From an uncultured Acidobacteriota bacterium (GTDB lineage Bacteria; Acidobacteriota; Thermoanaerobaculia; Multivoradales; UBA5704): a stretch of 64,000 bases of DNA. Numbering within the stretch: position 1 is the first letter of the stretch; every line of letters begins with the position of its first letter. Position numbers and translations under genes: made by a program. Shown piece after piece: positions 31,003 to 40,296 of the stretch. Location: positions 32,001 to 96,000 of the forward strand of contig CAVYRF010000001.1 of the NCBI GenBank assembly GCA_963770895.1, written 5' to 3'. The notes under the pieces are model-generated. The model was given only the letters and a program-made list of their open reading frames with translations, was not told the DNA's origin and ran no database searches.

Positions 31003-33411
31003 TCAGCGGGTGAAGTCGCTCAACAGGGCGGCGGGCGAGCGACGGGCCTCCCGGCGCGAGGCGGACACCACGAACGCGAGGGCCGTGGCCAACACGCCGG
31101 CGGCGGCGACGGCATAGCTTGCCATCTGCCAGGGGGCCACGCCGAAGAGGATTCCCTGCAGGACATGGCTGAGCCAGAAGCCGAGCAGCGCGCCGGCGGC
31201 GGCGCCGGCCGCCAGGCTCAGCAGACTGCGCCTGACGCTGAGGAGGATCAGGTCGGCGGGGAGCGCGCCCACGGCGCTGCGCACGCCGAGCTCGAGCCGT
31301 GACAGCCGCACCCTGTACGCGGTGACGCCCTGGACACCGACCGCCAGCAGGATCCATCCGACCACCGACAGGACCACCAGGATCCACATGGCGGACCGTG
31401 AGGGTGTCCTGGCATTCCGCAACAGCTGGTCGAGGGTGGTGGCATCGTAGAGAGGTTGGCGCCGGTTCACTCGCGACACCGCGAGCTGCAGCGCGGCCAG
31501 GGCTGCCGCGGGTTGGGTGCCGGGCTTCAGGCGCAGGGCGATGGCGATGTTGCGCAGCGGGAACTGGCGGAACGGCAGGTAGAGGAACGGCGGCGGGTCG
31601 CCCTCCGCGGTCAGCGTCTGGCGCACGGCCGCCGCGACGCCTACGACCCGGTACCGGCGCTGTTTTCCCAGGTCGAGAACCGCTGCCAGCGGATGGCTTC
31701 CGGGGCCGAGGAGGTGCGCGAGGCGGGCGTCGATCACCGCCACCTTTTCGCTGCGCTCGTCGTCCGCTTCGCTCAGCCCGCGCCCGCCGGTGATGGCGAT
31801 CCCCAGCGCGCGGAAATAATCGGCGCTCACCACTCGCACCTCGCACTGGGCCGTGATCGGTGAGCGCGAGACGCTCCGGACCTGCACGGGGAGGCGAAAC
31901 GTGCCCGCGCTCAGCGGCGGCGTCGACACCGTGCCCGCGGCAGCGACGGCCGGCAGCCGGCGGATCTGCCCCAGCAGCTCCTGCTGGTAGGCGAGCAGAT
32001 GCGCGTCGTTGGACACGTCGCGCTCCAGCGGCCGGGCCTTGGCGAGCAGCACGTTGTCGGGCACAAACCCCAGCGGCAGCGAGCGCAGGTGCAGCACGCT
32101 CACCACCACCAGGGTGGTGGCCTGCAGCAAGGCGAAGGCAAAGCACGCGGCAAGCGCCACCAGGACGCCGGTGGCGCGGCTCACACCCAGCGTGCGGCCG
32201 GGCCTCACGGCAGCTCCCGGCTGCGCCTTGGCCGCGAGCCTGCCCGCGTACAGCGCCGGAGGCAGCGCCACGCAGGCCAGGCAGACCCCAAACGCCCCGG
32301 CGAGCCAGGGGAGCCACGACAGATCCGTCGCCGGCGAGGCGACCGGCAGAACGCGGGCGGCCAGCCGCGAGGTCATGGGCACCAGCAGGGCTCCCGCGAC
32401 AAAGGCGAGCGAGAGCAGCACGGCATTTTCGATCAGCACCTGGGCGGCCACCTGGCGCGGGCGCGCCCCGAGCGCCGAGCGCGTCTCGATCTCGCCGTGG
32501 CGGGCCAGGACCCTGGCAAAGCACAGCGCTGTGGTGTTCGCCGCGGCGATGATCAGAATCAGCGACAGGGAGGCAAAGGCGGCGAGCACCAGCGGCCGCA
32601 CCTGCTCGACCAGCACGTCCTGCAACGGCAGCGCCGCCAGCGTGTAGCCCGAGCCAGGGCCATAGACGTCGGGATGGAGGCCGCGCGTCTGCTCACCCTG
32701 CAGGGCCAGCGCCGCCTGCGCCTGGCGCAGCGGACGCCGCAGGCGGGCCACTGCCGTCAGGTACTCGTTGCCCCAGCCGAAGGTCGGCGCCTTGGTGTCG
32801 AGCGTGTCGGCCGTCCAGACCTCGGCCTGGTCGGGGAACTGGACGGCGGCGGGCAGCACGCCGACGACCTGGTAGCGGGCATCGTCCAATGAGATCTTGC
32901 GGCCGACCACCGCCGGGTCCCCGCCGCAGCGCCGATGCCAGAACGCATCGCTCAGCACAACGCTGCGCGACGATCCGGGGACGTACTCCTCCGGCGAGAA
33001 CAGCCGCCCGACCTGGGGCTGGACGCCGAGAGTGTCGAAGAAGCCGCGGGTGACCGAGGCGCCGAAGATCTTGTCGGTACCTGCCTCCGTGGCGAGATCG
33101 AATCGCTGGCGCGAAAAGCCGCCGACGCTGGCGAAAAGATCGCGGCGGCCGGCCAGCTCGACCAGGCCCGGAGGCGAGATCGCGCCGCGGGCGACCGCCG
33201 GTTTCTGGTAGCGGCCCCACACCAGGACCAGCCGCTCGCCTTGAGGGTACGGCAGCGGCGCCCAGAGGATGCGCCGCACCGGCCCCAGCGCGGTCGCGTC
33301 CGCCGCGACGCAGAGGGCCAGCACCGCGACGATGGTAGCCGCCAGACGCCGTTCCCGGCGGATCAGCCGCAAGCTGAATGCAAGATCGCGGAGCGTGGCC
33401 TGATAGTTCAC
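31003..33411 (-). CDS. ADOP-type duplicated ABC permease
   Basis: LRDLAFSLRLIRR start; LPYPQGERLV; two FtsX-like halves (R..EIETRSALGA and R..ELGVRSAVGA). Confidence 0.85.
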   Translation of the reverse strand: MNYQATLRDLAFSLRLIRRERRLAATIVAVLALCVAADATALGPVRRILWAPLPYPQGERLVLVWGRYQKPAVARGAISPPGLVELAGRRDLFASVGGFSRQRFDLATEAGTDKIFGASVTRGFFDTLGVQPQVGRLFSPEEYVPGSSRSVVLSDAFWHRRCGGDPAVVGRKISLDDARYQVVGVLPAAVQFPDQAEVWTADTLDTKAPTFGWGNEYLTAVARLRRPLRQAQAALALQGEQTRGLHPDVYGPGSGYTLAALPLQDVLVEQVRPLVLAAFASLSLILIIAAANTTALCFARVLARHGEIETRSALGARPRQVAAQVLIENAVLLSLAFVAGALLVPMTSRLAARVLPVASPATDLSWLPWLAGAFGVCLACVALPPALYAGRLAAKAQPGAAVRPGRTLGVSRATGVLVALAACFAFALLQATTLVVVSVLHLRSLPLGFVPDNVLLAKARPLERDVSNDAHLLAYQQELLGQIRRLPAVAAAGTVSTPPLSAGTFRLPVQVRSVSRSPITAQCEVRVVSADYFRALGIAITGGRGLSEADDERSEKVAVIDARLAHLLGPGSHPLAAVLDLGKQRRYRVVGVAAAVRQTLTAEGDPPPFLYLPFRQFPLRNIAIALRLKPGTQPAAALAALQLAVSRVNRRQPLYDATTLDQLLRNARTPSRSAMWILVVLSVVGWILLAVGVQGVTAYRVRLSRLELGVRSAVGALPADLILLSVRRSLLSLAAGAAAGALLGFWLSHVLQGILFGVAPWQMASYAVAAAGVLATALAFVVSASRREARRSPAALLSDFTR

Positions 33412-33580
33412 GGCAGTCTGACGCAACGGCGTTCCGACCAAGGGAACCGCCCAGGGGTGCGGCGCCTTGAGCTGCGCCGCGCTCTCTTATATACGGCTGT
33501 GCCTGGCGCGGCTGCTTCGGCACCCGCTGCGCGCGCCGGCAGATGCTAGGATCCGCCCGCTGCCACTTACGTTTCGGGAG

Positions 33581-34210
33581 ATGCCAGTGCATGAGAGCCG
33601 GCTGGATCCGGTAGGCCTGTTCGGGCAGATGGACGTGTACCTGCTCGACCAGCTGTTGCGGCGGCGGATCGCTCCCGGTATGAGCGTGCTCGAGGCTGGG
33701 GCAGGTGCGGGCCGCAACCTGGCCTACTTCCTGGCTCAGGGCTACCAGGTGCAGGCCTTCGATCCCGACGCCGGCGCGATCTCAGCGGTACGGGCGCTGG
33801 CGGCGAGGCTGGCGCCGGGGCTGCCGGCCGTGAACTTTCGGCAGGAGGCGGCGGAGTCGAACAGCTTCCCGGATCACGCGGCGCAGGTGGTGATCTGCAG
33901 CGCCGTGCTGCACTTTGCCCGCGATGAATCACATTTCGACGCGATGCTGCGCGGCACCTGGCGCCTGGTCCGTCCGGGCGGCATGCTGTTCTGCCGGCTT
34001 GCCTCCACCATCGGCATGGAGCACCGCTTCATCCCCCTGGGCGGCAGGTGCTTCCAGCTGCCGGGCGGTACCGAGTGGTTTTTGGTCGACGCAGCGTATC
34101 TCCTCGATTGGGCGGCCCGGCTCGGCGGCCACCCGCTGGATCCCTTGAAGACCACCGTGGTTCAGGATCAGCGCTGCATGACCACCTGGGTGCTGCGAAA
34201 ACCCGGCTGA
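33581..34210 (+). CDS. Class I SAM-dependent methyltransferase
   Basis: VLEAGAGAGRN motif I; VICSAVLHFA. Confidence 0.88.
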   Translation: MPVHESRLDPVGLFGQMDVYLLDQLLRRRIAPGMSVLEAGAGAGRNLAYFLAQGYQVQAFDPDAGAISAVRALAARLAPGLPAVNFRQEAAESNSFPDHAAQVVICSAVLHFARDESHFDAMLRGTWRLVRPGGMLFCRLASTIGMEHRFIPLGGRCFQLPGGTEWFLVDAAYLLDWAARLGGHPLDPLKTTVVQDQRCMTTWVLRKPG

Positions 34211-34231
34211 CGGGACGGCCGAAAAAACGTG

Positions 34232-34839
34232 TCAATAGCCCCTGAGGATGGCGCGTCGGGGTTGGGCGGGCAGGGCGGCGGGTTCGAGGATGGGGAGGTC
34301 GTAGCGGTGGCGGATGCTGGAGCCGGTCTGGCGGACGTCGGCGCCGTAGATATGGATGGAGATGGCGTCGCCGGGGCCGGGGTTGGCGACGACGTGGACG
34401 TCGCCGGGGGGACCAGGGAGGTGGCGGTGCCGGCGGCGAAGAGCTGGCGCTCGCCGCGCAGCAGGCAGGAGCGGCCTTCGTGCTCGACCAGGTCGTAGGC
34501 GATCTCCTCTTCGCGGCCTTCGTGGACGCCGACGGCGCACCAGGCGACGTGATCGTGGACCGCCGTGGCCTGGCCGGGCCGCCAGACCAGGGCGACGATG
34601 GAAAAGGCGCCGTCTTCGGGGACGTACAGGACGTGCTGGCGGTAGCGCTCGGGGTCGGATTGGCGCTGCTCGGCCGTGAGCAGCTCGGGGTGTCCCAGGA
34701 AGAGGCGCAGGGTGCGGGCGGATGCCGCGGCGCGGCGGGCTGGATCGGCGGTCCGCCTCTGAATGGCGTGGATGGCGTGCGCCAGAGCTTTCAACACGGG
34801 GTTGGCGGTCTGTGGATACGATCCTGTCGAGCTCTGCAT
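34232..34839 (-). pseudogene. Cysteine dioxygenase-family cupin, frameshifted in a G6 run
   Basis: YRQHVLY...VWRPGQATAVHDH in one frame; the C-terminus GDVHVVAN...AISIHIYG..SSIRHRY is in another; switch at G6 run 34406-34411. Confidence 0.8.
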
Positions 34840-34936
34840 GATGCCTCCTGATCGCGTTGGCGGGCGCTTTTGGCGGGCGCCGCGTCCGTCGATGAGGGCG
34901 ATTGTAGGGAGGCAGGGTTATATTGTCGGTCGCGCG

Positions 34937-35635
34937 ATGGTTATAAACCTGTCACCTGGGGGCCGGCAGCGGTTCCGTCACGTCGACCGCGGGCGACCAG
35001 CGGCCGGCTGGCGGCGGCTGGTGACGTTGGGGCTGCTGGCGCTCGTGGGGTCGGGGGGGCTGGCGGGCTGCCGTCGCCAGCCGCCGAACCTGGATTCTCC
35101 GGGCACGACGATCGTGTGCCTGGGCGACTCGATCACCGCCGGAGTCGGCACCACGGCCGGCCACGCCTACCCGGCACTGCTGGCCGCGCGCCTGGGGCGC
35201 GAGGTGCTGGACGCCGGAGTGCCCGGCGACACCGCCGGCGCCGGGCTGGCGCGCCTGCCGCAGGTCCTGGCGCAGGATCCCTGGCTGGTGATCGTCGAGC
35301 TGGGCGGCAACGACATCTTGCAGCAGGTGCCGATCGCGGACACCGAAGCCGCGCTGGATCAGATCGTGCAGCGCCTGCTGGCCGCCCGCGTGCTGCCGGT
35401 GCTGGTCGCCGTCAGCGGCCCCTTCGGCGGCGCCCACGCCGAGATCTACGACCGGCTGGCCAGCCGCTACCACGTGCCCGTGGTGGACCGGGTGCTGCGC
35501 GACATCCTGCTGGACCCGGCGCTGAAAAGCGACGAAGTCCACCCCAACGACGCCGGCCACGCCCGGCTGGCCGACGCCATCGCCGGCGTCGTCGAACCCC
35601 TGGTGGCCGCGCGCCACCGCCGCTTCGGCCGCTAG
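34937..35635 (+). CDS. GDSL/SGNH esterase lipoprotein (start uncertain)
   Basis: LAGC lipobox; GDSIT, GVPGDT, ELGGND and DEVHPN blocks. Confidence 0.9.
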   Translation: MVINLSPGGRQRFRHVDRGRPAAGWRRLVTLGLLALVGSGGLAGCRRQPPNLDSPGTTIVCLGDSITAGVGTTAGHAYPALLAARLGREVLDAGVPGDTAGAGLARLPQVLAQDPWLVIVELGGNDILQQVPIADTEAALDQIVQRLLAARVLPVLVAVSGPFGGAHAEIYDRLASRYHVPVVDRVLRDILLDPALKSDEVHPNDAGHARLADAIAGVVEPLVAARHRRFGR

Positions 35636-35670
35636 CCGTCAGCGTGCAGCCCGGATGGGCACTCCCGCTC

Positions 35671-36012
35671 CTACCCGCAGTCGCAGAAATACGTCGGCGG
35701 CGACAGGTCGCAATGGCCGTTCGCGATGCACTTCATGCCGGTGCCGCAGCTCTCGCCGGCCAGCTTGTTCATGCACACCGGCAGGCCGCAGCCGCAGATC
35801 ATCAGCGGAGTGACGACAGCGGGCAGCGTCGCCGGTGAGAGCGTCGCCCGTGAAAGCGTCGCAGGCGCCGACAGCAGCAACGAGACACCCGAGCACGCGC
35901 TTGGCGCAGCGGGCGTGCTGGGACCGCTGGCCTCGGCGGCCAAAGCCGGCTGGACCAACCAGCCCGCGCCAAGCAAGGTGATGGCGAGGATGAGCATGAG
36001 GCGGCGAGTCAT
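35671..36012 (-). CDS. Small secreted protein with 8-Cys C-terminal domain
   Basis: GGAGG RBS; signal peptide ending ALA-A; C-terminus ICGCGLPVCMNKLAGESCGTGMKCIANGHCDLSPPTYFCDCG. Confidence 0.75.
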   Translation of the reverse strand: MTRRLMLILAITLLGAGWLVQPALAAEASGPSTPAAPSACSGVSLLLSAPATLSRATLSPATLPAVVTPLMICGCGLPVCMNKLAGESCGTGMKCIANGHCDLSPPTYFCDCG

Positions 36013-36143
36013 GGGAACCTCCCTTCTTCCACCTATAGCAGTGCATGAACAACGATTGCCAGCGACAGGGGCGGTCGATCCCGGCGCGCAGCGTCGGCGG
36101 TCGGCCAGGCAATCCGGACCTTCAAGGTGAGGCAATGCAACCA

Positions 36144-36185
36144 CAGGGTTGCGTTGCCCTTTTGCCGTCTCATTTTGAGGACGGC
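36144..36185 (+). repeat. 42-bp imperfect direct repeat, copy 1 (att-like / island boundary)
   Basis: CAGGGTTGCGTTGCCCTTTTGCCGTCTCATTTTGAGGACGGC; 38/42 identical to 39846-39887. Confidence 0.8.
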
Positions 36186-36368
36186 CCTCCCATCCTCCGG
36201 GCCGCCCAAAGAGTCACGGTGTCCGCCCGGCATCTTCAGACCGTAACGGCTCTCGTGGACCCGGCCCCAGTCGGCCTCGGAGAGGCGGGGCGAGGTGGAG
36301 GCTGCGGAGGACTCTCGGGGAGGCCCCTGCTCGCACGTGGCGCGAATCGTGTAAAATCTTCGGGGACG

Positions 36369-36677
36369 ATGAAGAGCGAGGAGTATGTGTCGCAGCAGGA
36401 GGGTGCTTACCGCGTAGGCGGCACGCGGGTCTCCCTCGATTCCATCGTGTATGCCTTCCTGGAAGGCCAGACCGCGGAGACCATCGTCCAGTGGTTTCCT
36501 GTGCTAAGCCTCGAACAGATCTATGGCGCGATCACCTACTATCTGGCGCACCGCGCCGAGATCGACGCCTATCTGCGCGAGGGTGAGCTAGAGGCGGAGC
36601 GCCTCCGCGAACAAACCCACCGGGCAGATCCGACGTTCTACCAGAAGCTCGCCAGCGCGCGACAGCGCCAGCCGTGA
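36369..36677 (+). CDS. DUF433-family putative antitoxin
   Basis: RVGGTRVSLDSIV...GQTAETIVQWFPVLSLEQIYGAITYY; overlaps downstream PIN gene (GTGA). Confidence 0.88.
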   Translation: MKSEEYVSQQEGAYRVGGTRVSLDSIVYAFLEGQTAETIVQWFPVLSLEQIYGAITYYLAHRAEIDAYLREGELEAERLREQTHRADPTFYQKLASARQRQP

Positions 36678-37024
36678 CGGTCCGCTACCAAGCGGACGCC
36701 GACCTCAAGCGGGTGATCCTCTTGGCCGTGGCTCGCCAGGAGCCGGCAGTCGATTTCCGGAGCGCTGCCGAGGCGAGATTAGTGGCCCTCCCGGACAAGG
36801 ACGTCTTGGCGGCTGCTGCCGAGGCCGGCAGGTTGCTCGTGAGCCATGACCTGAGGACGATGCCTCGGCACTTCGGCGAGTTCGTGCAGTCAAGCCAGAG
36901 CCCGGGCGTCCTGCTGATCCCGCAACGCCTTCCGGTACCAGATGCGGTCGAACAGCTCATCATGATCTGGGCGGCGAGCGACGTTGAAGAATGGGTGAAC
37001 CGGATCTGTGTCCTGCCGCTCTGA
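36674..37024 (+). CDS. DUF5615-like PIN-domain putative toxin
   Basis: VRYQADADL...PDKDVL..AAEAGRLLVSHD...PGVLLIP acidic PIN residues. Confidence 0.85.
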   Translation: MTVRYQADADLKRVILLAVARQEPAVDFRSAAEARLVALPDKDVLAAAAEAGRLLVSHDLRTMPRHFGEFVQSSQSPGVLLIPQRLPVPDAVEQLIMIWAASDVEEWVNRICVLPL

Positions 37025-37079
37025 GTCGCATGACGACGCGAGCGGATCATGGGCGACGAGCGCATCCAGTAGCTGCACG

Positions 37080-37197
37080 CCGAGAGGTTTCAGCGCTCTT
37101 CTACTCGCTGATCGGCAAAGCCAGGCTTTGCCGCCTCAATCGGTCAACCTGCCTCCGCGAAGCTGTCCACACCGCCCTCCACCAGCCGGGCGTCGTC
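37080..37197 (+). pseudogene. Degenerate IS66 transposase C-terminal fragment
   Basis: EVSALFYSLIGKARLCRLNRSTCLREA resembles the IS66 TnpC tail (compare AAKLYSLIASAKRHGVEPFAYLR of the intact copy in this window). Confidence 0.55.
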
Positions 37198-38020
37198 GCC
37201 CCGGCCAGCGAGAAGGCAGCCCGCAACCCCAGGACTCCCTGGCCGTCGACGGGAGTTCCCTGTCCGGACTCGCAGCTCGACAGCACCACGAGCCGCGTTC
37301 CAATCAGGTCGAGACCCTCCACCTCCAGGCCCGTCAGCAGCCCGTCATGTTCGCCGGACTGTGGCCGGTTCGCTCCCGCCAGCGCGATGATGGACCGCAA
37401 GAACGGGTTTTCGGTGTCGAGGAGAGGCGGGAACTCGAAGAGATACCAGCCGGAGGATGGCGCCTCCCACGTTATGTTGTTCCTGCTGTGCGTAGCGAAG
37501 TGCAAGATCTCTGGTCCGTGGACCGCTTGTACCGCACCCTTGCTGGCAAGCGTTCCTGTCAGGAGCCGGTTCGGCGCCAGCCGCAGGGCCTGTGCAACGT
37601 CCTTCCCTTCGTCGTCGAAGTAGCTATCGCGGATGAAAGGCTTGAGCCGCCTCGCACTCGCAGCGTGCATGCCCAGGGTGCCCCCAGTGTCAAAATCGGG
37701 ATTTGCGATGACCATGGCGGGCGCGGGTTTCGTCTGCCCAGACAGCCCCGGCTCACCCACGTCCCGCCACGAACCGAGATAACTGATTCTGTAGCGTTCC
37801 AAGAGGTAGCGATCCGCCTCGTCGAGGAAGGCGCCGAAGGGGGCGAGCGTTAGCAGACCGTCCGCCACGATCAGCATCTGCACCGCGGCTCGCCCGTTCG
37901 TACTGGCCGCAAGTGCCGGCGCTAGTGGCGCGATCACTGCTCGGTAAAGTCTCCGCAAAGCCTGTCGGGCGGACTCCGAGCGGCGAAGTCGATCGACAGC
38001 GAGCGGCGAGTCGAGATCGG
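37190..38020 (-). pseudogene. CHAT (caspase-like) domain fragment truncated at both ends
   Basis: PEILHFATHS, GLLTGLEV, LVVLSSCESGQG and GVLGLRAAFSLAGA; lacks the SLW..D tail; no N-terminal TPR region. Confidence 0.8.
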
Positions 38021-38036
38021 ATCTGCCAGACGCCTC

Positions 38037-38207
38037 GTGGCGACCACCATTACGGGGATGGCGACCAGCCTTCCGGGGATGGCGACCACCATTCCGGCGC
38101 ACCACCCCAAAGTGGTCGCCTTCAGACTGGAATCAGTGGTCGCCTTCGATCGGAATCGGTGGTCGCCTTCGACTGGAATGGGTGGTCGCCTTCAGCCGGA
38201 ATACGCA
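38037..38207. mobile_element. IS21-like miniature/internally deleted element (juxtaposed terminal repeat arrays)
   Basis: 3 x ~21-bp TGGCGACCA...GG units facing 4 x ~23-bp GTGGTCGCCTTC...GGAAT units in inverted orientation, ending GGAATACGCA (IS21-type TG...CA end). Confidence 0.7.
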
Positions 38208-38494
38208 CACAGTGGGCCGGAGACCCTTTTCGCTGTGGCCGCCCGAGCCCCCCTCGCGCTCCTCGACACCGCACTCGCGGACGCCGCTCCACCCCTAACA
38301 TCCCCCAAAATCGCTCTCCAGCCGCCGGCGGATGGCTTCAGGCCCCCCAAATGTGCTCCGACGACCGCAAGTCGGCGGCGAACTGCGGAATCGCTGGGGC
38401 GTGACGCCCCAACTTGCGGCCCTGCTTCATTTGCATGTACCATGCTTTGCTGTACTTGCACTCAGAAACTTGAAGCCCACCATGTGGAGGGAAG

Positions 38495-39628
38495 ATGTCA
38501 TCGTTTTGGGAGCCCGTTGTCTCGATCCTGCTGAAACAAGTCCTGAAGACGGCAAAAAGTTCGTTGTTTCAGGAGTTGAGACCAGAGCTTCTGAAAATTG
38601 AAGCTCGGCTGCTGACCATTCACACCATGGTGGAGCAGCAGCGAGCGATGTGGCTCAAGTCAGGGCTGTCGTTTATTCAGCTTGGCCAATATGGGTCGGC
38701 GCTCGAAGATCTTGTTCGCGCCGTTGCCAGCGACGACAAAAGTGCCGTAGCCAATTTCGTTTTGAGCGCACTGCTTGCGAGGGATGGCCGCAATGATGCG
38801 GCTAAGCATTATTTCACAGAAGCGTGGATGATCAACCCTTTTTGCGTCTTGCGCTTCCTTAGTGCACCTGAACTGTCCGTCACCTCGGTGGACGGCCCAC
38901 CTTCGATAGCGTGGAGATTGAGCGTCAAGACTGATAAGTCCATAAAGGCGACGTTGCCGAAACAGAAGTGGTGGGGAAAATTGATACCTGACGAAGACGG
39001 TGCGCTTTCTGCTGTTGCGTGCTCTGGAGGAAAGCTCGTCGCCTGCTGGGACAAGATCCATCAAGTCTCCCCCATCGCCTCCATAGTAGTGCCATTCCTT
39101 GGCAGCATGGCAGTGCCATTCCCTGGCGCCAGGGTAGTGTCGCTTATCGATCTCGATAGAGGAGTTTGTACATGGTCTCGTCTGGTAAAGAGAAAGATGA
39201 AATTGCTGCTTGCCACACCTAGGTACTTACTCATGCGTGATGAAGACAATCTGATCAGTTGTCTCTTGGCGGACTCGGGCGCGGACTCTGGAGAAATGAG
39301 CCCTGAGTATCTCGAGACGATTTTCTGTCCGTTTTTCGACCTTGTGCTGTCCTCAGGTGAGTACGCCGCCAGTCACAAGGTGTTCACTCTCAGCCTCGAT
39401 CAGTTTTCCAAGAAGCTAGCGTCCCAAAGGCTTTTGCACAGCGGGACGAAGATTGAAGAGAGCGAGGAAGTCGGAATAGTCGACCCTACGAGAAGCAGCC
39501 ACGATCGGATCGGAGCAAGGAATAGTTGGACGTGGGAGCCACCAACGTCAGGGCGTCTCTCGCGGGAAAAATTTTCTTGTTGCGCGAAAGTCTGGGCGAT
39601 TATGCCTCTGTTGGCACCGGGCGGTTAG
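38495..39628 (+). CDS. Hypothetical protein with short TPR-like segment (AT-richer cargo)
   Basis: GGAGG RBS; GLSFIQLGQYGSALEDLVRAV...AKHYFTEAWMINP TPR-like helices; atypical codon usage. Confidence 0.7.
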   Translation: MSSFWEPVVSILLKQVLKTAKSSLFQELRPELLKIEARLLTIHTMVEQQRAMWLKSGLSFIQLGQYGSALEDLVRAVASDDKSAVANFVLSALLARDGRNDAAKHYFTEAWMINPFCVLRFLSAPELSVTSVDGPPSIAWRLSVKTDKSIKATLPKQKWWGKLIPDEDGALSAVACSGGKLVACWDKIHQVSPIASIVVPFLGSMAVPFPGARVVSLIDLDRGVCTWSRLVKRKMKLLLATPRYLLMRDEDNLISCLLADSGADSGEMSPEYLETIFCPFFDLVLSSGEYAASHKVFTLSLDQFSKKLASQRLLHSGTKIEESEEVGIVDPTRSSHDRIGARNSWTWEPPTSGRLSREKFSCCAKVWAIMPLLAPGG

Positions 39629-39845
39629 GGGGCTTGGTCCAGTCGATCATGGATTTCGAGGCGCGGTGACTCGCGAGGCCAGGATTACTCTACTCGCGGC
39701 GTACGCCGCCCTTCTTACATTGCTCCTCGGCTTTTGTAAGTGCGCAAATCAGCTCAAGCCAGGAAGATCTGCTGGGGCTCGCCGGGGTAGTCGGGCCGAG
39801 AAACCCGACCGCGAAGGGGTCAGTGATAAAAGATGCACGCACCCT

Positions 39846-39887
39846 CAGGGGTGTATTGCCCTTTTGCCGTCTCATCTTGAGGACGGC
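39846..39887 (+). repeat. 42-bp imperfect direct repeat, copy 2
   Basis: CAGGGGTGTATTGCCCTTTTGCCGTCTCATCTTGAGGACGGC immediately upstream of a tandem-HTH gene. Confidence 0.8.
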
Positions 39888-39927
39888 TTTCGAGCCACAA
39901 GCGGCCTATCCCGCAGAGCCGCGGACC

Positions 39928-40287
39928 ATGGGCGAACGCCTACTGAAGCGGCGGCTGGACCTGGGCCTTTCCCAGCGCGAGGTGACCGAGATTCTCGGCG
40001 CGAGCGTCGGCACCCTCACTGCCTGGGAGAAGAGCCGGCAGGAGCCTGGCGAGCGGTATCTGCCTGCCATCCTGGACTTCTTAGGGTGTGATCCGCAGCC
40101 GACACCCGAAACGTTCGGCGGACGGGTCAGGGCCGCAAGGAAGGCCGAGGGACTCTCTGAGGAGGCGCTGGCCCATCAGCTCGGGCTCCAACCCGGCACG
40201 GTCACCGCTTGGGAGCGCGGCGAAATCCGCCGACCTCATCCGCAGACGAGGAAAGCCTTCGAGCGGTGGCTTGCCTCGCGCCAGTAG
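39928..40287 (+). CDS. Tandem XRE-HTH protein
   Basis: Two HTH repeats: LLKRRLDLGLSQREV...TLTAWEK and VRAARKAEGLSEEALA...TVTAWERG. Confidence 0.8.
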   Translation: MGERLLKRRLDLGLSQREVTEILGASVGTLTAWEKSRQEPGERYLPAILDFLGCDPQPTPETFGGRVRAARKAEGLSEEALAHQLGLQPGTVTAWERGEIRRPHPQTRKAFERWLASRQ

Positions 40288-40296
40288 GTCGGCGCC

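Noticed and set aside
38037-38207. Possible CRISPR array
   Set aside because: Repeats have a 21-24 bp period with no unique spacers, occur in two opposite orientations, and no cas genes are present; they fit IS21-type ends.
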